Assembly: GCA_963575745.1 (NCBI GenBank) | Contig: CAUYUJ010000192.1 | Coordinates: 248,001 to 312,000 of the forward strand | Direction: 5' to 3' | Origin: Prorocentrum cordatum | Lineage: Eukaryota | Length of the DNA: 64,000 nucleotides | Shown: positions 1 to 12,900 of the stretch, piece after piece | Layout of the letters: every line of letters begins with the position of its first letter | Numbering within the stretch: position 1 is the stretch's first letter | Notes under the pieces: model-generated | Database searches by the model: none | What the model saw: the letters and a program-made list of their open reading frames with translations, nothing else | Told to the model about the DNA's origin: nothing | Position numbers and translations under genes: made by a program

Positions 1-124
1 ATCCTAGAGACACGCATTTCAAGAAGCTCCCGAATGCCACTCCAAGAAATCCCGAGAAGCATCCGAGTCCCCTGGCCCACAACACGGGCACAGAGGTGGG
101 GTGGGCCGAAGGCCATCAGATAGT

Positions 125-1884
125 ACCAGGCCGATGCGCATATCTTCTTGGCCATAGTAAACATTCTGGTACCTGCTGGTGAGGTTTAGGGCAAAATTCT
201 TGACGATGTCGAAGCCCGTCTGTCTCAGAGAGCCGCTGCCATCGACTGCAATGACAAGGTCCTGCTTCGCGATGCAGATCTCATCGCCGACGCAATCCTG
301 GGTGTTGCATTCCCTCATCTGCAAGCGGTCGGGGTGCTTGGGCGAGGGGCACCTTCCGTTCGCGCGGATGGGGATGTCCACCTTGCGCACGCGCTCCTGG
401 ATCCCGCCGCCGCAAGCCATCGAGCAAGGCTCCCAGGCTGTCCACGGCAGGAGCGAACAATCGCGATCGCACGAACCAGTGTTGCACGGCTGCTCCTCGA
501 GCGTCGCGTCGCACTCCGTGCCACCGTTCTTGGGCTTCGTCAGGATGGAACGGGTCTTGCCCTGCGTGCCACCTCCGCATTCCTTCGAGCACTGTGAGAA
601 ACCAGACCATGCGGACATCACGCAGTTCACTGGGCAATGGAACTGGTTACACTTCATGCCTGCGGTCCCGTTCTTCCGCTCATAGAAAAGCGGCGGGCAA
701 GCCATGCCGTAACTGTTCGGTGATACGATGATCTGCCTCGTGAGGTGCTTCATCCCGCCGCATGCTTGGACATCAACGCCACCGACATCAACTGGGCAAC
801 TGTCATCGCAATCCACGGGATGCGAATTGCCTCTCCCATCGGTGGTGCATGGTCCCGCGGACCAGTCCGTCAGGTCGCAGTCCTTGATGCTATGCGTGGG
901 CGAGACCTTGCTGTACCTCATGAGTGCGTTGCGCACTGTCCGAGTGCCGCAAATGTTCGTGTAGAGGATCTCGGTCATGCGCTTCTTGCAGTCGCCCATT
1001 TTGGAGATATAAGCCTTATCGATGTCGCGGTGTTGCTGCTGTTTCTCGCGGGTTGCAGCGGTGATAGAATTGATCTCGGAGATGGCCTCTCCCAGCATCT
1101 CCGTGAATTTCATCTTGTTCGACCTCAGAGTTGCGATCTGCTCGTTCATGTTCTCCTTCTCGCCCTCGTAAGCGTCGCGGTTCTGCTGCATCTCGTACGT
1201 CAGCTCGTCGACGAGGTCCTTGAATTTGCCCCACTCAAGTGCCATGATGTCGTGGAGGAGGCCGCAATTCACCTGGCCGTTGATGCACTTCCTCGAGCCG
1301 CCCGACGGCGTCTTGACCCGATGAGGAGGTGGCGCCTGGCCCAGCTGCAGCAGCGAGGCAGCCTGACCGTCCTTCGTGCCCAGGATCTCGCGCAGGGCAT
1401 TCTGCACGCGCGGCGACCGCCGGATCTTGGCCGCGAGGGCGGTGTTGTTGGTGTCCACTGCGACCCCGTCAGGCGTGTCGCAGACGTCGAACTGAGCGAG
1501 GGAGTACGTGTCGTCCCCGTAAGCGTTGGGGCACTTCGACAGCTGGAGGATGGCGGTGAACACGTCCTGGTCGTCCTCGCGGAGGTTCAACTCGTACTGA
1601 TTCTTCTCACGGGTAGACTGGAAGCTTCGCTTCAGGTTGTCGAGGGCTGTCTCAAGATCATCAATTCGAGTTTTCATGTCCGCGATGCCGCCTTCAGCCT
1701 GGGCCTTCATGCGCTCCTTGTCAGCCTGATCCGAGCCGAGGTGCTCCAGATCAGTGACCACCTGGCTGAAGACCATGCGGTTGCTCTCCTCAAACTCCTT
1801 GCAGTCGACCTCGACGTTGTCAAGCTGCAACCAAGCATCGTACATCATGTTGTTCAGATACACGCGGCCTTTCGCCAACGACAC
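125..1884 (-). CDS. Long exon of a secreted/adhesive protein: coiled-coil region, thrombospondin type-1 repeats, start of a vWA domain (gene probably continues beyond the left edge)
   Basis: ORF 19..1971 has TSP1 motifs (CVMSAWSGFSQCSKECGGG..KTR; WTAWEPCSMACGGG..ERVR; a degenerate TDWSAGPC) followed by the vWA MIDAS start DLVIAVDGSGS. Acceptor CAG|GTG at 1885/1884. The 3' exon boundary near 125 is approximate. Confidence 0.85.
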
Positions 1885-2067
1885 CTGAGCGACGACGCAA
1901 AAAGAGGGTCTTACAAACGACTGCACAGCTACCATGCGCTCTGGCCTACGCACGCCGCCAGCACGGCACACTGCGAGAGAACGATAACGACCACGCGCGG
2001 CCCTAAGCGGGCAGCTTACGCGCGAATGAGACCCGTGCAGTCAACCAAGCTTCTTGACGTCGCCCAC

Positions 2068-2232
2068 CTCGCTGTATGCACCGGTCGCCTGCGCCTCCGC
2101 TCCACCGGACGAAGAGGAAGTGCGCAGCAGGGCCATCACGTCCTGGGGCAGCTGGCCCTCCAGCAGCGGCAGCGCGTCGCTCAGCTTCATCCTCTTGTGC
2201 AGCCGGTTGGCGATGTGCCGGGTGCTGATGTC
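2068..2232 (-). CDS. Upstream exon of the TSP1/vWA gene (DISTRHIANRL...GAYSE)
   Basis: Pyrimidine tract then AG|GAC at 2233/2232. Donor GAG|GTG at 2068/2067 joins in phase 0 to VSLAKGRV at 1884 (intron 1885-2067). Confidence 0.7.
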
Positions 2233-2410
2233 CTCTCGGGGGAGCAAGAGAAAGGTCACACGGCGACGATCTTCCGGCGACCGGGCACGGCCTCCCCCGC
2301 CACACTCCGGGCGAGAATGGCGTCATGGCCACGCCCCAAGAATTCCGAGGCGCAGCTAGCGGCCCTCTTTTCCGGAGCCCGCACGGAGCAATCGGAGGCC
2401 TGGGAGTGCA

Positions 2411-2583
2411 CAGTAGGAGCTCGACCACAAGAAACCGCTCACAAGAAACCCAGCCCTGAGACCCCAGGGCGTCCATTGATTGCTGGTGTGGGCACGCCAC
2501 GCTTTCCATAGGAAAAGCATCGAAACCCAAGACACCCAGGGCACAATGGAGGCAAGCATGGCGTTTCTTGGCATGGGTTTCCA
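2411..2583 (+). repeat. Dispersed repeat, second copy at ~38650-38821
   Basis: Both begin CAGTAGGAGCTCGACCACAAGAAACC and stay collinear to GGGTTTCCA. Confidence 0.8.
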
Positions 2584-2686
2584 CTGCATCAACATCAGGA
2601 CTTCTTACTCCTTCGGCACTCCCCTGGCGCACACATGGGTTGGAAAGGTATAGGGTACGAATGTGTAATAAACACCTCCAACACAC

Positions 2687-2860
2687 AGTCGACCTGTATC
2701 AGAAGGACGCGCGATGAGGATGCAAGGGCCTCGGAAGGCCATGCCGACAATTCGCGGGCGGGGCGCGGCCAGCGAAAGCGACCAAAGATGGGCCGAAGGA
2801 GAAGGATACCAGGGTGACCTTGGGAAAGTTGCTCATCCTTACCATTCGGGTTGACTGTTC
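2687..2860 (+). repeat. Dispersed repeat, copies at ~52604-52775 and ~60820-60993
   Basis: Shared GATGGGCCGAAGG core, with similar GGCCAGCGA upstream and GTTG..ATCC downstream in all three. Confidence 0.75.
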
Positions 2861-3180
2861 TCGATTATATGACCTGAACACTTCTCTCAACCCGATCCTC
2901 CCAACCCGTCAATTGTCTTTCTGAGTGCTTGTGCTCAATGCTTCTTTGTCTGGCTGCTGGGAGGCTAAGAAAACATTGGCCATGACTCTTGCGATTTCCT
3001 GGCCTCCGAGATCTTCTGACCCGGGTCAATCCAGACCCTGGTCCGCCAGGCCTTGCAAGATCCTGCACGGCCCTGCAGGATCCTGCACCCAAGGCTGGGC
3101 CAATGCAGACCTGGATCTGCAGGATACTGCACAATCCGGCGCTCTGACTGACCCCCGTCTGCGGTGACCCCCCATCTCTT

Positions 3181-3386
3181 TTGGTGGTCTCCAAACCAGG
3201 TGGTGAGACACCCGGTGGTGACCCCGATTCCCCACAAAAACAATTCTGGGTCACCACCGGGTTTGGGGACACGCGGTCGCCACGAGGTTTTGCGTTTCCT
3301 GGGCCAGCCAGCGCTCGAAAACCATTACCCAAATCGCCCAAAACTCACCACCGGGTGTTCTCACCACCACGTTTGGGGACCACCAA
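3181..3386. mobile_element. MITE with ~42-bp TIRs and a 5-bp TSD (CTCTT)
   Basis: TTGGTGGTCTCCAAACCAGGTGGTGAGA.. pairs with ..TCTCACCACCACGTTTGGGGACCACCAA. CTCTT at 3176-3180 and 3387-3391. Confidence 0.85.
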
Positions 3387-3710
3387 CTCTTGAGCCCCGA
3401 CGGCCGCCGCCCGGAAAGTTCGCGGCCCCGGTGGCCCCTGGCTGTGGCGAGCCTCCGGTCGCCGCCTGGGGTGCCCTCTGGCTGGTGCTCTGCCGTCCAC
3501 GCGCTAAGACCAGGGCCATCGTGGGGCTCAGGGGGGGCGCTGGTGTTGAGGCCGTTCCTTAGATGTAGGACGGGGGCCCGTGCGTGGCCAAGGCTCGCCG
3601 TGGCTAGAGAAGCCCCCTCGTTCCTCATTCAGCGTTGCCCGAAAAGTGCCTGGTGATTGGCCACCCGATGGTGCCCCATGCTTGGTGTGCTCAAATCGTA
3701 GCCCTCTGGG

Positions 3711-3860
3711 TCCTCCTCCTCCTCCTCCTCCTCCTCCTCCTCCTCCTCCTCCTCCTCCTCCCCCCTCCCTTGCTCCCCTCCTCTTGCTCCTCCTCTATCT
3801 CCTCCTCCTCCTCCTCCTCCTCCTCCTCCTCTCCTCCTCCTCCTGCTCCTCCTCACCCTC
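3711..3860 (+). repeat. (CCT)n microsatellite
   Basis: Direct reading. Confidence 0.95.
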
Positions 3861-4079
3861 GTTTTCATCTTCGTCGTCTTCAGGGTCGGCGGCACCGGCC
3901 GTAAGGCCTTCGCTCTCGTCGCCCTCTGGGTCCTGAGCCCCACTGGCTCTGCAGGAACTGCACTGCGCGCGCACTGCACAGCAGCGTTTCCCCAGCGCGG
4001 CCGCACGAGGCCACCGCCCTGGGCACGCGCTGGCAGTCGTACGCTTCTGAAGGAGGGCGCGCCGCTGGTCGGCCCAGAG

Positions 4080-4206
4080 CTGGCCATCGCTCGGACGTCC
4101 ATTCTCTGTGTTTTTTTCGGTGCCGTGCGTGGTTTTCGCAAATGATCAAGGATGCTCCTCGACGGTCCTCGCCGAAGGAAAAATGCACACGTCCAAGCGA
4201 TGCCAG
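4080..4206. mobile_element. Small MITE, related copy at ~58432-58547
   Basis: Ends CATCGCTCGGACG / CGTCC(A/G)AGCGATG are inverted; the interior TGCTCCTCGA.GGTCCTCGCCG is shared between the copies. Confidence 0.7.
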
Positions 4207-4454
4207 GAGAGGAGGGGGCGAGGGTTTGGACCCCCCCTCTCCTCCCTTTCCTCGGCCTGCCGGCCTTGGTCCCCCCCCCTTTCCGATCCATCATCCTGGA
4301 ACCATCCCCCCTCCCTTCCATCCAGAGGGGGACCCCCCCTTTCCGATCCATCATCCTGGAACCATCCCCCCCCTTCCATCCAAAGGGGGGCCCCGGCCCC
4401 CCCTCAAGAGGGGGGTGCAACGAGAATGGGCTTCAACGGCGAAAGAACTGAAAC

Positions 4455-5740
4455 TATGTTGTGCTTCCTCCGTTGTGTTTTTTGTTTGTTAAATGGTGTG
4501 TTTCTCGTTGTGTGTTATACGTTGTGTGGTCTACGTGTTGACATGCCGTGGATACCATGCTATCGTTGTTAGGTTATGGTCATTATGTTGGAAGTGGTTT
4601 CTACATTGATGTTATAATGTTGGGTGTTACTGCTGCATGTGTCTATGCTGTGATTTCGACGGTATGTTCTCTACGTTGTGTGTTCTACGTGGTGGTTTGT
4701 TCTACGCTGTGATGGTTACATTGTGCTGTCTACGTGGTGTTTCTACGTTGTTTTCTCCATTGTGATTGTATGATGTGTTGTTATCTTGCACTGTCTACGT
4801 TGTGTCTTATACATTGAGTGTTCTACACAGAGTGTTCTACTTTGTGTGTGCTACGTCGTGTGTTCTGCGTTGTGTTTCTATGTTGTGGCTTCTACGTTGT
4901 GTGTCGGTCGTGTGATTTCGACGTGGTGACGATGTTGTACTTACGTGTTGTATTTTCTACGAGTTAAGCTCTACGGTGAGGTTATTGTGCCTTTGACGTC
5001 GTGTGTTTTGCGCTGTATTCTGCGTGGTGTTTTCTACGATGTGTGTTCAACGTGGTGGTTTTCAGTGGTGTGTCTTACGTTGCGGCTTTTCTGCACGCTG
5101 GTTCCACACAGCGCTTCCCACCTTACATGGGTTTCTCTGTTGTGTGTTTACACGCTTTAGTGACTCTGCTATGTTTTACGTTGGTCTATGTATGCTTTGT
5201 GTTCACGTCGTGCTTATCATTGTCAGCAGATAATGCTGGCCATTGCGGACCCCAAACAATGTGCTTCTAGCAATCAGCGTTGTGCAGTAATACCGGCTGG
5301 ACAATCTATGGTGTCAATCTGCGTGGTGTAATCTACGTGGTTCAGCGTAAATTCTGCACACTATCTGGTGGAGAATGTGTTGTGCAAACCGTGCGGTGCA
5401 ATCTACGCAGCGAAGATTCTGGTGTGCAGGCTGCGAGGTGCAGTCTGCGTGGCGGAACCTGGGCGGCACAACCTACGTTGCGCAATCTATGTGGTGCAAT
5501 TGATGGTGAGCCGCCAAATGTGGTGCAACACGTGCTGTGCACCCTATGTCGTGCAACTTATGGTGTGCAGTCCACGTGGTCAATAGATGCGGTGCAATCA
5601 AAGTGGTGCAAACCATGTGGTGGCACCTGGGTGGTGCAATCTACGTGATGCAAACAATTTTGTGCACCCGCTGTGGTGCAATCTATGTGGACCACTATAT
5701 GGTGTGCGCCCTATGTGGTGCCATCTATGGTGTGCAACTG
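4455..5740 (+). repeat. Degenerate ~14-bp minisatellites (TTCTACGTTGTGTG-like, then GTGGTGCAATCTAC-like; the latter resumes at ~7505-7600 and ~7945-7968)
   Basis: Direct reading. Confidence 0.75.
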
Positions 5741-6059
5741 GTGTTAACAAACGAGTTGACACATCCCACGCTCTTGCAAACATCCCACCCACCCACCCGC
5801 AACTTGGCTTGCAAAACCAGTGTGGTGACGATTGCGATGAGTGTTTGGAGTTAGCTGGCCCATCTCTGCGGCCGCGCCAACCCAAGCGTGCGCGCAGCGG
5901 CCAACTAGTTTGGCGCGACCGACGCGGCCGCGGTGGCGCTGACTGCTGCCGGGCACATCCCAGCTGGCACTTCACTGCGGGTCGGCGACTTGGGCGGGCG
6001 CGGTATCATGGCAACGTCGACAACGGTAGACACGATGATGATCGCAGCGATGTTGGTGA

Positions 6060-6577
6060 CGATGTTGACAACGACGACGGCGCGGCCAGTACGGGCGCAG
6101 ATGTTGATCACGCCGTCGACGACACCGACGACGACACACCGAAGACGTCTCCAACGACTTCGACGACGCCGACAACGACGACGACGACGACGGCACCGAC
6201 GACGACAACGACGCCGACGCTGACGACGACGACGATGACAACGACGACGGCGACGATGACGACGCCGACGACGACGACAACGACGACACCGACGACGACG
6301 ACGACGACGTCAACGACGCCGACGACGACGGCGGCGACGACGACGACGCCGACGTCGACGACGAAGACGACGACGACGCCGACGCCGACGACGACGAAGA
6401 CGACGACGTCGCCAACGAAGACGACGACGAGGGAGGAGGGAGGACGACGACGGCGACAACGACGACAACAACGACAACGACGAGGGAGGAGGGAGGACGG
6501 CGACGACGCGAACGACGAAGAAGGAGGAAGGACGGCGACGCCGACGACGACAACGACGAGGGAGGAGGGAAGACGAC

Positions 6578-6611
<34 letters not shown>

Positions 6612-6826
6612 ACGAAATGGGAGGGACGACGACGAGACGCCGACGACGGACGACGACGACGACGAGGGAGGAGGAGGAAGGACGACCACGGCGACAACGA
6701 CGACGGAAACGACCACGACGCCAAAAAGGATGACGACGACGAACACGAGGAAAGACAGAGGACGACGTAGGCGACGACGACGACGCGGGAGGAGGGAGGA
6801 CGGCGACGACGACGACGACGACGACG
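6060..6826 (+). repeat. Cryptic (ACG)n microsatellite
   Basis: Direct reading; explains the poly-T/poly-V ORFs. Confidence 0.95.
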
Positions 6827-6844
6827 CAAGAGCGCGCGCGCACG

Positions 6845-7350
6845 CTTTTGTTGAAAATCCGTGTTGCGAAACCTTGTGTTTTTTTTGTTTTTCGGACACA
6901 CGATGTTGGAATCCTTCCGAAACCGATGGGTTTTGAAGGATTTCGGCATGCGCGCGCGACGACGCGCGCGTCTGCACTTCGTCCCATACTTTGCAAAGGA
7001 ATCTCGCGACGGCACACGCGCAAAGGCGTTCGACAGATTTCGACATGCGCGCGCGCGAAGCCCGTGTGGTAGCATGTTGTGAAAATATTGAAAAACCTAT
7101 GGTTTTTCTTTAGATTTCGCAAGAGCTCGCGCGTAAGCTTTTTTAGCAAATCAGTGTTGCGAAACCCTGTGTTTTGAATGTTTTTTTGGAAACTCGATTG
7201 CGACATCCTTCCGACACAGAAGGTTTTTGAAGGATTTCGGCATGCGCGCGCGGCGACGCGCGCGTGTGCACTCCGTCATATTTGTTCCAAGGGATTCGCG
7301 AAAAAGTGTGATGTTAGAACAAAAGGTGTCCCCGCGTATCGTTTCTTACA
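6845..7350 (+). repeat. Internally duplicated repeat, related copy at ~46690-47100
   Basis: TTTTGAAGGATTTCGGCATGCGCGCGCG occurs twice here; similar motifs and CAAGGGA at 46.7-47.1 kb. Confidence 0.6.
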
Positions 7351-7966
7351 AGGGAACCTCAGGGGAACCGATACCGGCTCCCCGGGGACAATGTAAATTC
7401 ATATTTCGAATGGACATGTGGTCAGAATCGCACATGATTTAAATACCCGAAAGGGGGGCGGCGAACGCCGGGGGAGATCCTATTCTGTTTCTTGAAAAGA
7501 GAATCCATGTGGTGCAATCTGTACGGTGCAATCAATGTTGTACAAATTATGTGGTGCAACCTGTGTGGTGCAATCTCTGCTCTGCCATCTACATTGCGGA
7601 ACATATTTGGCTCACACTACGCGGTGCACGGGCGACGGGGCGGCGAGGCGGCGACGGGGCGGCCACATAGCTGCCAGACCGACAGACACGGCACAAACAA
7701 CGGGCGGCGACGAAACGTCGGCGGGGCGGCGACGACGGCCAAATAGCCGCCAGAGCGACAGACACGGCCCAGACGACGGGCGGCGGCGAGGCGGCGACAG
7801 GGCGGCGACGGCGGCCACATAGCCGCCAGACCGAAGGACAAGCGCAGTTCCGTAGAACATGATCGCCAGCATGGGCTCCGAACGACGTGTTTCTAACAAC
7901 CGACGCTGATCAATCTGAATGGCGCGATATGTGAAGCTACATAAGTGGTGCACTCGATGTGGTGCA

Positions 7967-8001
<35 letters not shown>

Positions 8002-8002
<1 letters not shown>

Positions 8003-8811
8003 CCGCCGACCCCTTGGGGATCATCGGCGTGTGAGATGCTTCCCCCTCCCCAAACCCCTCCCCCGGGAGCCCGGTCCGGTCGATTTGGAGGGGGGGGGGG
8101 GGGTCGAGCGCGAGCGGGGGGGGTCCGGGACGAGCGGTTCACGGGGCTTTTCCGAGCCCAAGAGGGCCTCAAGACGGGCCAAGAAGCCCCCAAGAGGCCT
8201 CCAAGACGGCGCACGAAGGCTCCGAGACGCCAAACGACCGGTCCAAGACGCCCACGATGGCCCCAAGACGGGCCAAGAGGTCTCCAAGACGGCCTCCGAG
8301 GTCCCAAACAAGCCTCCCAAGAGGACCCCAAGAGTCTAAAATTGTTGATCTTCCATAGTGTTTTTCTATGTTTTTTGCTTTTCCGCCTTTTCGGCTTCCC
8401 GACGCTCCAAGACGGCCAAAGAGGCCCCCAAGAAAGCCCCAAGATGGCCCAAGAGGCCCCCAAGACGGCCTCCAGACGGCCCAAGACGGCCCCAACACGG
8501 CCCAAGAGGTCCCCATGACGGCCCAAGAGGGCTCCAAGACGGCACCAAGAGGGGCCCAAGAGGGCGACCAAACATGTTGAAACTCTAGCTTTCTGCCCCC
8601 AGGAGCCCCAGGGGGCCCAAGAGTGCCCCAAGAGGCCCCCAGAGGCCCTCACGAGGCCGCCCAGACGCCCCAAGGAACCCCCAAGAAGCACCCCAGAGGC
8701 TCCGAAACGGCCCCCAAGTGGCTCCAAAACTCGCTTTTCACCCCTTCGCAGCATCTACTACCCCCAGATTGGCATAAACAAGGGGTCGGCGGTGTGGCGT
8801 AAGCCTAAGAA
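8002..8811 (+). mobile_element. Non-autonomous rolling-circle element, family A copy 1
   Basis: Starts TCCGCCGACCCCTTG. Exact 14-bp inverted copy CAAGGGGTCGGCGG at 8779-8792, then hairpin GGC-GTAA-GCC (8796-8805) and TAAGAA. CCCAAGA-rich interior. Confidence 0.8.
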
Positions 8812-9961
8812 TCCACGTCCGGAGGTGACGTGCTGAGCGGTAGCGTTTTTCGGCGAACGCCTTAATGCAACGTATCCCATGTGTCCAATGATTGCACAAT
8901 CGATACATATTGTGTTTTGTTACAGTATTATGTCTCCCCCCCTAACCCCCCCCTGGAGTCGCGCCACAGCGCCGTACCAAAAGTTGGCCCCCCTCATTCT
9001 GGACCCCAAACCTACAAAAACCTACGTAAAATCAACAATTTCGGCCTTTTCGGCCTCTATTGCACAATTGATACATATTGTGTTTTGTTACATTATTATG
9101 TCTCCCCCCCTAACCCCCCCCTGGAGTCGCGCCACAGCGCCGTACCAAAAGTTGGCCCCCCTCATTCTGGACCCCAAACCTACAAAAACCGATGTAAAAT
9201 CAACAATTTCGGCCTCTTCGGCCTCTTGGGACTCCAAGAAGGCGTCAAGGGGGTTCCAGGATGGCCCCATGACGGCCCAAGACGGCCCAATACGGCCCCA
9301 AGACGGCCCCAGATGGTCCCAAGAGGGCCCGTCAGGCCCCCAAGACGGCCCAAGAGGGCCCCAAAATGATCCCAAAGGGCGCCTCCATGAGCCAAAATCA
9401 TAAATTTCCCAATGGCTTTTTAATAATTTTCGCGTTCTCGCCCTTGCCGGCTCTCAGAGGACCATGACGGCCCAACCAGCCTCCAAGGAGACCCCCAGAC
9501 GGCCCAAGAGGCCCCCATGGAGGTTCCAAGATGGCCCAAGGGGGCCCGACACGGCCAAAAGAGGCCCCCATGACGGGCCAAGGGGTCTCCAAGACGGGCG
9601 AAGGAGACTCCCAAAGAGCCCCAAGGCGGCCGCGAGAGGCCTCCAAGATGGCCTCCGAAGGGGCTGGGCGGCGCAAGAGCGCCCCAAGACGGCGCAAGAC
9701 GCAAGAAGAAGCCCCGAGAGGCCCCAAGGCGGCCCCAAAGATGCCCCAAGAGGATCCCTGGAGGCTTCCACGAAGCTCCCATGAGCCCTTCCAGGACACC
9801 GCCTCAAGCCCCGGGGATGGCAGGCCGGAGCGGCACACGCGCGCGGAGGCCGAGCATGTCACGCCATGTAACGCCAACATTTTCCACAGTTCTCCACGGC
9901 GGCGATGACCAGTTCGGATCGGATGCGCGGCGCCTACTCTGCCCGCCTGCAAGCGCGGCGC

Positions 9962-12900
9962 CTACTCTGCCCGCCAGCAAGCGGGGCAGAGCATGTCTGC
10001 TTTGTCGCGCTGGGAACTCTTCACGGCTGCTCGCATAAACACTGCCGAGCACTGGGCGCATTTCAGCCCCCCGCGCGGATCCCGGCACTGAGCGCAGGTC
10101 CACTCTTTCAAGTTCCACACTCTGTACTTGGCCGTCTTCGGCCGCGGAGTCGTGCCACATCTCGCGCACGGCGGGAATTTGCAAGACTCGCACCAAAACC
10201 CGGTGCTGTACGTCAAGCGGTCTGGAGGCCTTGCTCCGCAGCCTCCCTGACAGAGGGGCTTCCCTTTTTCGTCGAGACATTCTGTGCACGCGGCGTCTTT
10301 GACGCTCTTGTGCATCTGAAAAAAGGCTGCATCAAACTGATCCGCTGCCTTCTCCTGCGAGCAGATGCGGCACTTAAAAAGGCGGCCCTCCGACATAATG
10401 TTGAAATGCTGCCTCTCAGGGGGTGCAAGCGACGCAAACGGCAAGGTCCAGCGCCCCTCTTCCCGTCAAGTCATTGACCTCGCTGCGTCTGAAGTTCTTT
10501 AACGATTTAGTCTCCTTGCAGCGATTGCAGACGAGCACGTCTCTGCCTTTCGCGGCGAATGGCTCTGCAGCCGCGGCGGGCGCGCCCGCAGCAGAGGTCC
10601 GCTTCTGCGCGCACAGGGCGCACCTCCTCCACGCGCCCTGGCACAGCAACGCCACGGCGTGCTCTACGGGGTCGCTCGTTCTCATGCCGCTGCCTGGGAA
10701 GTTGCCCGCTCTCTTCCGCTGGTGGCAGTCGGCGCACTGGAAAGTGACGTCCACCAATTTCTTGGACGACCTGGACGCGGCTTCCTTCTCTGCCTTGGCC
10801 CAGCCGGCTTCCGCCTGCTCCGTCGTCATCTCCCCGGCTGTCAGGGAGTGCAAGAGCCATGGGCCCGTCTGATGCCCCTGGCGGAAAAGCATGGGCGAAA
10901 AAGGCTGCGTGATGATCAGATCGTCAGCCCTCCTGGTGCGGCTGATGGCCACGTAGCCCGTGGGGACCATGGCTGCGCGGGGCGTCGTGCGCGCGTCCAG
11001 GAGGTCGATAATGGCCTGCGGCAGCGTGGCGCCGGTGACGCAGTGGGCCGTGGCGGCGACGTGCGGGACCAGCGGGAACCCCGCGCGCTTCACCATGGCC
11101 TTGAAAAACAAAACAAAAAAAACTAGAAAGAAAAAAAAAAAAAAAACGAGAAAAAGACCCAAAACCAAAACAAAAACAACACACCCTCGCACCACCGCCA
11201 CCCCTCCCCACACCCCCACCCTCCCCCCCCACCCACCCGCCCACCTCTCCCCCCCCCCCCTCCCGCCCATCGCCTGCCATCTAACCCAGTACACCTCCCT
11301 CTGCAACCCTTGGACGCCCCCCTCGTTGCAGTCCATAACCCCAAGCGGGCCCGTGTCCCCGGAAATTGCAACCAAGATCGCCTCGGGCACGGTGCTTCAG
11401 TACCAGCACCCGCCCGGCACGGACCAGTTGTCTATATCACCAACTACGATCGTCGGTTGGAGACCCAGCCGACACGAGTACCTCAGGAGGGGCTTGCAGG
11501 CTCCCGCCTCCGCATTCTCCGTGGTGGTGAACCGCGCCCGCATCCCCTCGAAGATCGGCAGCACACCCGGAACTCTGCCAGTCTTGTTCTCGGGGTACAT
11601 GAGCCAGTTCTGCCTGGCGTGGGAGAGCGACTCCGTCGACCTGCATGCGTCGTCCCGAGTGAGGGGGACTTCGCGCGCCACCACCCAGAGGAGCTGCTTC
11701 CCAGCATTGGCTGCCGCATTCGCCGCTCGCAGCGTCAGAATCCTGCTCTTCGGGGCGTTGTACGGGTGCACGAACAGCGCGTCCGCGAACGCCGTGCTCA
11801 CCTCCCGCTGTCTGGCATCGCTCTGAGAGGCGACGCGGCAGCGCCGATGGCGTTCCGCGCTGCACTCAGCGCACTCCAGGGATTTCATGTCCTCCCAGGC
11901 CCGACCTTCTCCGAACATCCGTGGCCACTCAACTGACCAGAGCGCGCGGCACTTCGCCTTCCCGCAGCCGAAGTGCCCCGTCGAGGCCTCGGCGCTGCCG
12001 GGGCTTGCGGGCATCCAGGAGCCGGGCACATCAGTGGGGAAGCCGTGGACGAAATCGTACATCCTGTCCGACAGATTCCCAGCGCGCGCTTCGGCGAGAA
12101 AGCTTCTCCACCACACGTCTGAGCAGCGGTGCGACTGGGCCAGGGCGTAGCGGTTAGTCACCGAGTGCGGCAAGCCCTCTGTCCAGAACATCTCCAGTAT
12201 GCGGCCAACGTTGGCGGGTCTCTTGACAAATGGGTTGGCGGCAATACTGAGACTCCTGACGGGCGGTATCTGCCATAAGTCCCCGAGCAGCACCAGGTTG
12301 AGCCCTCCGAACATGGCGAACTGTTTTGGAACGCGTGCGTCCACGGCCCAGGGGTTTCCCTTGTCCCTCGTCGAGTCCTTCACCTGCCTGTGCACGGCGC
12401 CCAGCAACTCCACCGAAACGTTCTCCACCTCGTCGATGATGAGCCAGCGCATGTGCTGGATTTTCGTGTGCAGCATGTTCTCCGACAACTCCGGGTCCTT
12501 CTTCCCGCCGGACGCCGGACTGGACTCCCGTGATGAGGTCGATTCCGAGCTTGCTGAAGTTGTGGATGGTTCGCCCACCGATGTTGCTCGCCATGGAATT
12601 CATGGGGGCGGTCTTGATGAAGTGCACCTCGTGTTCCCATCCCATGCACGTGGGGAACAGCCCCACGCCCTCCTCGCACAGCCACCGGATGACCTCCGAT
12701 TTCCCTGAACCCGGCAGGCCGAGAACGAACAGCCGGGAGCATGGCGATCCGCGCAGCTGGTCCTGCTCGCGGGCCTCCTGGACGCACCTGTCGGCGACGG
12801 CGTCCAGGATGCTCATCTGCTGCGGGTCGGTGGTGATCTGGTGCGTCTGCAGTCCTGCGATCGGGCAGGGATGCGCATGGCCTTGCCTCCCTTCACACTA

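Noticed and set aside
745..2511. 588-aa plus-strand ORF (also 14110..15396 and 16754..18247)
   Set aside because: Antisense shadows of GC3-rich real genes.
2820..2860. LLILTIRVDC-like peptide in a three-copy repeat as the start of an APE endonuclease
   Set aside because: Lacks the conserved Asn and any downstream APE motifs; kept only as a dispersed repeat.
9388..9398. TGAGCCAAAAT, an 11-nt match to the reverse complement of the spliced leader
   Set aside because: Too short, and it lies inside the repetitive element end.
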